Positions 57,550 through 64,000 of a stretch of DNA of 64,000 nt are shown piece by piece (position 1 is the stretch's first letter; every line of letters begins with the position of its first letter). The position numbers and the translations under genes are program-made. Source of the stretch: an uncultured Propionimicrobium sp. (GTDB lineage Bacteria; Actinomycetota; Actinomycetes; Propionibacteriales; Propionibacteriaceae); assembly GCA_963511305.1 (NCBI GenBank), contig CAUPIJ010000002.1, positions 40,034 to 104,033 on the forward strand, read 5' to 3'. The notes under the pieces are model-generated. The model saw only the letters and a program-made list of their open reading frames with translations. It was not told where the DNA came from and ran no database searches.

Positions 57550-58011
57550 ATGTCGGAGTTGGATAATCTTTTAAATCCCAACTTGGTGAAGTTGAACATA
57601 GACCCGCCTAAAAATTTTAATTCCCTTTTGTGTTTGATAGCCGATTGCTTGGCTTCTGAGGGCATGTTGGTTGATAGGAGCAAATATATCGCTGATGTGT
57701 TGGTCCGTGAGGCAGAAGGGTCTACTTATATGGGAAGAGGAATTGGTATTCCTCATGCCAAAACTTCGGGAGTAAAGCAGGCTGCTATCTGCATGCTACG
57801 TTTTAAGATCCCGATGGTCTATGAATCGAACGGTGATAGTGGGCCTGTGGATAAGATTTTTGCTATTAGTGTGCCGGAAAATGCTGGTCGACAGCATTTA
57901 GAAATTTTGGCAAGTCTAGCAAGGCTTCTTGTAGATGATGATGTTCTATATCAGCTTTCTGATGCGAAAACTTCTGAAGAATATCTATCGATAATAAATA
58001 AACAGTTGTGA
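57550..58011 (+). CDS. PTS EIIA component (fructose/mannitol/Ntr family)
   Basis: 153 aa from ATG 57550, with an alternative start at 57532 that overlaps the aldolase 3' end. The active-site region is GIGIPHAKT. Confidence 0.83.
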   Translation: MSELDNLLNPNLVKLNIDPPKNFNSLLCLIADCLASEGMLVDRSKYIADVLVREAEGSTYMGRGIGIPHAKTSGVKQAAICMLRFKIPMVYESNGDSGPVDKIFAISVPENAGRQHLEILASLARLLVDDDVLYQLSDAKTSEEYLSIINKQL

Positions 58012-58021
58012 GGCGAAAACA

Positions 58022-58348
58022 ATGGTACGTGTAATAGGAGTGACTTCGTGCGCTACTGGTATCGCTCATTCTTATATGGCAGCTGAAGCTATAGAAAAAC
58101 TGTGTAAAAAACAGGGTATTTCTGTAAAGATTGAGATTCAAGGCGCTCTCGGAATAGAGAATGAACTTTCGAGCAGAGATATCGCGAATGCGAATTTAAT
58201 TATATTTGCTAATGATGTCGCGATAAATAGGTTCGAGAGGTTTAACGGATCTGAAGAGAAAATTGTCAACGTGTCTCCGCATTCTGTCATTCAGAAGCCT
58301 GAATGTTTAATGGATGTCATGCGTGAACGTGGCCTTTTGGAAGGGTGA
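58022..58348 (+). CDS. PTS fructose-type EIIB component
   Basis: 108 aa: VIGVTSCATGIAHSYMAAEAIEK, the fructose-family IIB Cys motif. Confidence 0.88.
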   Translation: MVRVIGVTSCATGIAHSYMAAEAIEKLCKKQGISVKIEIQGALGIENELSSRDIANANLIIFANDVAINRFERFNGSEEKIVNVSPHSVIQKPECLMDVMRERGLLEG

Positions 58349-59409
58349 AAATTATGTCTTGGCGTGATGAAGGGAAAAAGCTTACTGGAGCTTTACTGAC
58401 CGGCGTTTCCTATATGATTCCGTTTGTTGTCGCTGGCGGTATTCTAATTGCGATAGGTTTTGGATTTGGCGGCATATTTGTGGGTGACGGCTCGGGGTTC
58501 TGGACCGATGTGTTTGGTATTGGCAAAGTCGCAATGGGCCTGATGACTGCTGTGTTGGGCGGATACATTGCGTATGGAATAGCTGATAAACCTGCGCTGG
58601 CCGCAGGGTTCGTTGCAGGATCTATTGCTGCCACCCAAGGGTCTGGATTTATTGGTGCTATATTGGGTGGAATTGCTGCTGGTTATCTTTGCAAATTGCT
58701 CAAGAAAATTAAACTTCCAATCGCGCTGCGTTCACTGCTTCCAGTGTTAATTATCCCTGTGGTCTCAGTTTTTATAATTGGATTAGTGATGCAGTACGTG
58801 GTGGGCACTCCTGTTTCTTGGCTCAACCACTCGTTGCAAAATGCACTCTCGGGCATGAGCGGTGGGGCAGCAGTCTTGCTTGGTATTGTGCAGGGCGCAA
58901 TGCTTGCTTCTGACATGGGTGGTCCCATTAATAAGGCTGCATACGCTTTTGCTTTAGCAGCTACTGAAAGTGGTAACTGGGCTCCGATGGCTGCGAATTT
59001 CATTGCTTCTATGTCTCCACCGTTGGGTATTGCCTTGGCGATGATGATTATGCCTAAAAAATTCACTAAATCAGAAAGAGGATCCATGGGTGGTTTGCTC
59101 GTTGGTGGCTTCGGGATGATTACTGAATTTGCAATTCCTTTTGCTGCTAGCAAACCGTTCAGAGTTATTCCTTCACTTATGGTTGGTAGCGCAGTAGGTG
59201 CCGCATTGTCATATCTCGCTGGGCTAACTATGCAGGCTCCGCATGGCGGTTTGTTTGTGATCTTGCTATGTAACAAACCTGTGATCTTCTTGATGATACT
59301 GCTATTAGCGGGCTTGGTTACTGCGGGAATGCTTTTGCTGTTAAAGCAAAAGCCGACCGATGAAGAGTTGCAAGAAGACTCGGAACTAACGAATATTGCT
59401 GAAATGTAA
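58345..59409 (+). CDS. PTS fructose-type EIIC permease
   Basis: 354 aa, polytopic. Has the DMGGPINKAAYAFA motif typical of fructose-family IIC. Start is GTG 58345 or ATG 58354. Confidence 0.9.
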   Translation: MKIMSWRDEGKKLTGALLTGVSYMIPFVVAGGILIAIGFGFGGIFVGDGSGFWTDVFGIGKVAMGLMTAVLGGYIAYGIADKPALAAGFVAGSIAATQGSGFIGAILGGIAAGYLCKLLKKIKLPIALRSLLPVLIIPVVSVFIIGLVMQYVVGTPVSWLNHSLQNALSGMSGGAAVLLGIVQGAMLASDMGGPINKAAYAFALAATESGNWAPMAANFIASMSPPLGIALAMMIMPKKFTKSERGSMGGLLVGGFGMITEFAIPFAASKPFRVIPSLMVGSAVGAALSYLAGLTMQAPHGGLFVILLCNKPVIFLMILLLAGLVTAGMLLLLKQKPTDEELQEDSELTNIAEM

Positions 59410-59437
59410 TTTAATTAATTAAGGAAGGTGCATAGAA

Positions 59438-60358
59438 GTGCCAAAATTTGTAGATGTTCTCGAACGTTTCCCATTTGAACCTGAAGACAAGAAAATTACT
59501 TTAATTCGTAAAGCTGATTATTTGCATCACATTTATCCACCGAATAACGCTTTTACAAGCGATAATAATTATCTTATTGTCTCGACTGATACAATGTTGC
59601 TTGGGATTTATGAACTTGCCCCAGGTGCCTCTTTCGAACCAATCGACATTCACCCTGGTGATGAAATGTATTACATTCTCGAGGGTCCTGTGGTGCAAAA
59701 AAGCAATTATGGTCAATATGTTGAAATGCAAACTGGAGATGGTTTGCTGATCCCTCAAGAGACTTGGCATCAAGGAAATAATTTTTCCGATCATAAGGCT
59801 AGAATATTGTTCTTCATAGCTCCGAAAGCTTGGGGCGAAGATGTCCCACCTAAGGTTTTTCCTGTAGCGGATGACACAAAGACATTTAAAGGTCGAAAGA
59901 ATTCTGAAATTCCAGATGTTTCGGGTCGAACTGGCATTACTCGTATGCCTACAACGGATGATCTTGGCAAATGGCCGGTGGATGGCCCGACTGCTCGCCA
60001 AAAGCCGTCGAATATTTACCATATTTCTGATAAAAATAAGCTTGTGACGATTATGGGAAATGATAGCCCGACTCTCATGAAGTTTACTGTTAGTACCGAT
60101 TATGGACATATGGGTGAGATTATTATCCCTGTCGGTGGCGGAAAAGGCCCTAGATGTTCTGAACCCATGTCGCATGATGGGGATACAGCACTTTATTGTT
60201 TAACCGGTCCTATAACTATTAATTTCCCTGATAGGCTCGAATGCTTTATTGTTGAACCGGAAGAGTCAATATTTATTCCAAAGGGCGAGAAGTATCAATT
60301 AGTTAATTTTGAAGGTTATCCGGTTAAAGCTGTGTTTGCCATTGCTCCAAATTTGTAA
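59438..60358 (+). CDS. Bicupin protein of unknown function (last gene of the PTS cassette)
   Basis: 306 aa with a GTG start after AAGGAAGG. Has two cupin-like segments (...IHPGDEMYYILEGP...GDGLLIPQETWH and ...SHDGDTALYCLTGP...ESIFIPKGEKYQ). Confidence 0.68.
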   Translation: MPKFVDVLERFPFEPEDKKITLIRKADYLHHIYPPNNAFTSDNNYLIVSTDTMLLGIYELAPGASFEPIDIHPGDEMYYILEGPVVQKSNYGQYVEMQTGDGLLIPQETWHQGNNFSDHKARILFFIAPKAWGEDVPPKVFPVADDTKTFKGRKNSEIPDVSGRTGITRMPTTDDLGKWPVDGPTARQKPSNIYHISDKNKLVTIMGNDSPTLMKFTVSTDYGHMGEIIIPVGGGKGPRCSEPMSHDGDTALYCLTGPITINFPDRLECFIVEPEESIFIPKGEKYQLVNFEGYPVKAVFAIAPNL

Positions 60359-60376
60359 TCTTGTCATGGTTTGATT

Positions 60377-60434
60377 AATGTTTTTGGGGTAGTCACTTTA
60401 ATGGCTACCCCAAAAACATTTCTTTATTTATCTT
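60377..60434 (+). terminator. Rho-independent terminator at the right end of the PTS island
   Basis: Perfect 16-bp stem aatgtttttggggtag / ctaccccaaaaacatt with a 12-nt loop, followed by tctttatttatctt. Confidence 0.7.
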
Positions 60435-60509
60435 ATTTTAGTTTTCAAATAGTTATTTATTGCAACACCTATTTTGCTTTTGAGTTACTGTTGCCGATAA
60501 AATTTAACT

Positions 60510-62351
60510 ATGTGTGGAATCATCGGATACGTCGGCTCGAAGTCGGCTCAAAAAGTAGTAATCGAGGGTCTTCGTAGGCTGGAATATCGCGGATACGATT
60601 CTGCGGGAATCGCGCTGGTCGGGGCTGACGGCATGCACACTTCTAAGAAGGCCGGCAAGCTCTCCAACCTAGAAAACGAACTCGCGCTGCATGAGCTTCC
60701 CGAAGCCACCACAGGCATCGGGCACACCAGGTGGGCGACGCACGGCGGTCCCACCGACGCCAACGCTCATCCGCACGTCAGCGCCAATGGCCGCGTCGCG
60801 CTGGTACACAACGGAATCGTGGAGAACTTCGCCCAGTTGCGCGACGAGCTGATCGCGGCTGGCGTTGAATTCAGCTCCGAGACCGACACCGAGGTCGTCG
60901 CTCAGCTGCTGGGGCTGGAGGTCGAGAAGGCAGACTTGTGCGAGGCGATGCGCGCTGTGGTGGCCAGGCTGGAGGGCACTTTCACGCTGGTGGCCGTCGA
61001 TAGCACCGACCCGGATCACGTGGTCGCGGCCCGCAGGAATTCGCCGCTAGTGGTTGGCGTTGGCCAGGGCGAGAACTTCGTCGCCTCCGATGTCGCCGCC
61101 TTCATCGAGCACACCCGCGAGGCCATCGAGCTAGGCCAAGACCAGATTGTGCGGATCAGCTCTGCTGGCATCGAGGCCATCAACTTCGACGGCACCCCAG
61201 CTCAGACCCGTAGCTATCACATCGACTGGGACGCTTCGGCGGCTGAGAAGGATGGCTACGACTGGTTCATGCGTAAAGAGATTTTCGAGCAGCCGAGGGC
61301 CGTCGCCGACACTCTGCTGGGGCGCTACTCCGAAAAGGGCGAGCTAGTTCTAGATGAGATGAGCATTCGCCCGGAGGAGCTGCGCCGAATCAACAAGATC
61401 GTCATCGTTGCTTGTGGCACGGCCTACTACGCGGGCATGGTGGCCAAGTACGCCATCGAGCACTGGACCCGCGTGCCGTGCGAGGTCGAGCTGGCCAGCG
61501 AGTTCCGCTACCGCGATCCGATCGTCGACCCGATGACGCTGTGCGTGACCATTAGCCAGTCTGGTGAGACCGCCGACACCCTGATGGCCATCCGCCACGC
61601 CCGTGAGCAGCACTGCAAGGTGATCGCGATCTGCAACACCAACGGCGCCACGATCCCGCGCGAGTCCGACGCCGTGATCTACACCCACGCCGGTCCGGAG
61701 ATCGGCGTGGCATCGACGAAGGGCTTCCTGACCCAGCTCGCTGCCTGCTACCTGCTCGGCCTCTACCTGGCTCAGGTACGTGGCATGAAGTATGGCGACG
61801 AGATCAAGACGATCATGGCTGAGCTGGAGAGCACCCCGAAGTTGATACAGCGGGTGCTGGACAAGGCGGAAGAGGTCTACGACCTGGCGAAGGAGGTCGT
61901 CGGCCAGAACGACTTCATTTTCCTCGGTCGTCACGTCGGCTATCCCGTCGCCCTGGAGGGCGCGCTTAAGCTCAAGGAGATCGCCTATCAGCATGCCGAG
62001 GGCTTCGCTGCAGGCGAGCTCAAGCACGGCCCGATCGCCATCATCGAGCCGGGCATGCCGGTCTTCGTGATCGTCCCGCCCAAGGGCCGTGACCAGCTGC
62101 ACGATAAGGTCGTGTCCAATATCCAGGAGGTGAGGGCCAGGGGAGCACGCACTATAGTGTTGACAGAGGAGGGCGACGACTCGGTCGTGCCCTTCGCCGA
62201 CAAGGTGATTTGGCTGCCGCACGTTTCGACGCTGCTGCAGCCGCTGGTTTCGGTGGTTCCGTTGCAGCTCTTTGCCTGTGAGCTGGCCACGCTGCTCGGC
62301 AACGATGTCGATCAGCCGCGAAACCTGGCTAAATCAGTAACAGTGGAGTGA
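60510..62351 (+). CDS. glmS: Glutamine--fructose-6-phosphate aminotransferase
   Basis: 613 aa: MCGIIGYVG...GIGHTRWATHG...two SIS domains...KSVTVE. Confidence 0.96.
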   Translation: MCGIIGYVGSKSAQKVVIEGLRRLEYRGYDSAGIALVGADGMHTSKKAGKLSNLENELALHELPEATTGIGHTRWATHGGPTDANAHPHVSANGRVALVHNGIVENFAQLRDELIAAGVEFSSETDTEVVAQLLGLEVEKADLCEAMRAVVARLEGTFTLVAVDSTDPDHVVAARRNSPLVVGVGQGENFVASDVAAFIEHTREAIELGQDQIVRISSAGIEAINFDGTPAQTRSYHIDWDASAAEKDGYDWFMRKEIFEQPRAVADTLLGRYSEKGELVLDEMSIRPEELRRINKIVIVACGTAYYAGMVAKYAIEHWTRVPCEVELASEFRYRDPIVDPMTLCVTISQSGETADTLMAIRHAREQHCKVIAICNTNGATIPRESDAVIYTHAGPEIGVASTKGFLTQLAACYLLGLYLAQVRGMKYGDEIKTIMAELESTPKLIQRVLDKAEEVYDLAKEVVGQNDFIFLGRHVGYPVALEGALKLKEIAYQHAEGFAAGELKHGPIAIIEPGMPVFVIVPPKGRDQLHDKVVSNIQEVRARGARTIVLTEEGDDSVVPFADKVIWLPHVSTLLQPLVSVVPLQLFACELATLLGNDVDQPRNLAKSVTVE

Positions 62352-62357
62352 TGAGAG

Positions 62358-62735
62358 ATGACCAGGATCGTTGGTATCGGTGTTGACATCTGTCAGGTCG
62401 ATCGGATGAGCGCCGCGCTGCGCAGGCATCCCGGCTTGGCGAATAAGCTCTTTACGCCGAAGGAACTGGTTAATGAATCGGGCGAGCGGCTCTCCGACGA
62501 GTCTTTGGCGGCAAGATTCGCCGCTAAGGAGGCCCTGGTAAAGGCACTCGGTGGGCCGGGCGGCCTGCGCTGGCACGACTGCGAGGTGCTCAGCGACGAG
62601 TCTGGCAAGACGCACCTGGTGCTGAGCGGGACTGTTGCGGCGGCAGCCGAGGAGGCGGGCGTGTTGGACACGCATCTGTCGTTCTCGCACGACGCGGGTT
62701 TGGCAGTCGCCCAGGTGATCTGCGAGGGGCAGTGA
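62358..62735 (+). CDS. acpS: Holo-[acyl-carrier-protein] synthase
   Basis: 125 aa: IVGIGVDI..V.R........LA.KLFT..E........SLAARFAAKEA..KA. Confidence 0.9.
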   Translation: MTRIVGIGVDICQVDRMSAALRRHPGLANKLFTPKELVNESGERLSDESLAARFAAKEALVKALGGPGGLRWHDCEVLSDESGKTHLVLSGTVAAAAEEAGVLDTHLSFSHDAGLAVAQVICEGQ

Positions 62736-63622
62736 GAAAGGTCGCCTCCGTCGACGGGATCAGGGCGGCGCAGAACAGCTACCTAGATGCCCGTCCGGGT
62801 GCCAAGACCCAACGGTCGGATCTCATCCTGAAGGTGCCTGCAGGCCAGGTCGTGCAGCTGGAAAACCAGGACGTAGCCGAGCTTTGGCCGTACCCGGATC
62901 GCACTTCCGACAAGTATTCACGAGGGGTCTTGGGCGTCGACACCGGCTCAGAGGCTTATTACGGAGCCGCGCTGCTGAATCTGGCCGGTGCCCTGAACTC
63001 GGGGGTCGGGATGGTGCGCTATGCCGGCCCGGTGCCCAGGCAGTTGCTGGTTAGCAAGTATCCATCGGCAACTTTCGGCGAGGGCAGGGTGCAGGCCTGG
63101 CTGGTCGGGTCCGGCTGGGGAGCAGCAGACAATGCTCGGCTGGCTAGGCGAATTGCTGATGGCGTACCGATGGTCGTCGACGCGGAGGCGATCGCTTCGA
63201 TCGGAGATGCCAAGCTGCCGGAAAATAGTCTGCTCACCCCGCACGCCGGCGAGCTGGCCAGGGCGTTGGGCGTCGAGCGCGCCGAGGTAGAGGCAGACCC
63301 GATTGGTCACGCCAAGGCGGCCGCCCAAAAGTTCGGGGCAACGGTTCTGCTTAAGGGCGCCACGCAGTACGTCAGCGACGGCGAGAGCGTCGTGCTGGCG
63401 GTTCCCGGCTCGCCGTGGACCGCGCAGGCGGGTTCCGGCGACGTGCTGGCGGGCATCTGCGGCACGCTGCTCGCCGCGATGACCGAGCGCTATCCCACGA
63501 TATTGATCGGCGCGCTGGCAGCCTCGATCCAGGCGATTGCGGCGAGCGCGAATCTCGGGCCTTTCCCACCGGATCGGGCGGCGAGCCAACTACCCGGCGT
63601 CATCGGCGGCCTGGCGGGCTGA
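62732..63622 (+). CDS. nnrD: ADP-dependent NAD(P)H-hydrate dehydratase (stand-alone YjeF C-terminal domain)
   Basis: 296 aa with a GTG start overlapping the acpS stop: DKYSRGVLGV.TGS..YYGAALL...GAL.SGVGMVRY...LLKGA......GSPWTAQAGSGDVLAG. Confidence 0.83.
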   Translation: MRKVASVDGIRAAQNSYLDARPGAKTQRSDLILKVPAGQVVQLENQDVAELWPYPDRTSDKYSRGVLGVDTGSEAYYGAALLNLAGALNSGVGMVRYAGPVPRQLLVSKYPSATFGEGRVQAWLVGSGWGAADNARLARRIADGVPMVVDAEAIASIGDAKLPENSLLTPHAGELARALGVERAEVEADPIGHAKAAAQKFGATVLLKGATQYVSDGESVVLAVPGSPWTAQAGSGDVLAGICGTLLAAMTERYPTILIGALAASIQAIAASANLGPFPPDRAASQLPGVIGGLAG

Positions 63623-63649
63623 TCCGCGGCCTAGACGGTGACCGATCCG

Positions 63650-64000
63650 TTAAACCCTGGCTCGGGCGCTGATGGCCTCTCGGTAGTAGTCCAGTAGCTG
63701 GTCGCAGAGCTTCTCCCAGCTGCGCTGCTCGGCTCTGGCGCGCCCGGCCGCACCGAAGATCTTGCGCTTGTGCTCGTCGGCCACCAGATCTGCCACGTAT
63801 TGGCGAAGCGCGTCCAAATTCCCCGGCGGGTAGAGCCGGCCGTTGACGCCGTCAGCCACGATATCGATCGGGCCGCCGCTGCCGGTCGCGACGACCGCTA
63901 GCCCAGAGGCCTGCGCCTCCTGCAGGGTCTGACCAAACGTTTCGGTCTCGCCTGGGTGGACGAAGATATCAGCGCTGGCTAGGTGTATCGGTAGATCCTC
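63650..64000 (-). CDS. Glycosyltransferase family 4, C-terminal fragment (5' end lies outside the window)
   Basis: The minus-strand frame is open to the window edge. My own translation gives ...ADIFVHPGETETFGQTLQEAQASGLAVVATGSGGPIDIVADGVNGRLYPPG..., the GT-B/GT4 nucleotide-sugar binding region. Confidence 0.78.
   Translation of the reverse strand, partial: EDLPIHLASADIFVHPGETETFGQTLQEAQASGLAVVATGSGGPIDIVADGVNGRLYPPGNLDALRQYVADLVADEHKRKIFGAAGRARAEQRSWEKLCDQLLDYYREAISARARV

Larger units (their letters stand above)
53224..60509. other. AT-rich genomic island: self-contained fructose-type PTS / aldolase / bicupin cassette
   Basis: Composition contrasts sharply with the flanking coaA and glmS. 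It holds eight co-oriented genes with short gaps or overlaps. I recognise no mobility genes. Confidence 0.7.

Noticed and set aside
60359-60509. Possible glmS ribozyme upstream of glmS
   Set aside because: The 150-nt region is AT-rich island/terminator sequence. It lacks the conserved ribozyme core elements I remember, and the ribozyme is mainly a Firmicute feature.
61350-62222. 290-aa minus-strand ORF inside glmS
   Set aside because: It lies antisense to canonical glmS. There is no recognisable motif, and this is a high-GC stop-codon-poor frame.

Overview
64-kb chromosomal segment from a high-GC Gram-positive bacterium (Actinomycetota). Gene content and local gene order look like a compact Actinomycetales-type genome; the species cannot be determined from sequence alone. 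I count about 70 protein genes. The backbone is mostly translation, transcription and cell-envelope housekeeping: rnj (3' end)-rpmB-recG, rsmD-coaD, rplM-rpsI, carD, ung, greA/mca, infA-rpmJ-rpsM-rpsK-rpsD-rpoA-rplQ, truA, rimP-nusA-ylxR-infB-rbfA-truB, ribF, rpsO-pnp, dapB, glmM, coaA and glmS-acpS-nnrD. It also carries sodA and two tandem DUF348-G5 cell-wall hydrolases, one of them RpfB-like. Three visibly AT-rich, apparently foreign insertions interrupt this backbone. (i) About 5.06-6.07 kb holds a small secreted protein plus a small membrane protein. (ii) About 24.9-30.7 kb, directly after rplQ and a GT4 gene, holds a small Cys-loop secreted peptide, an intramembrane-type histidine kinase, a LuxR-type response regulator, a lactococcin-972-like bacteriocin precursor, a large bacteriocin-associated membrane protein and an ABC ATPase. 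(iii) About 53.2-60.5 kb, between coaA and glmS, holds a self-contained fructose-type PTS cassette: SorC regulator, its own HPr and Enzyme I, a class II aldolase, EIIA/B/C and a bicupin, with no sugar-phosphate kinase. I recognised no rRNA, tRNA, CRISPR array, transposase or integrase. All calls come from reading the supplied translations and DNA by eye; no searches or computations were run.
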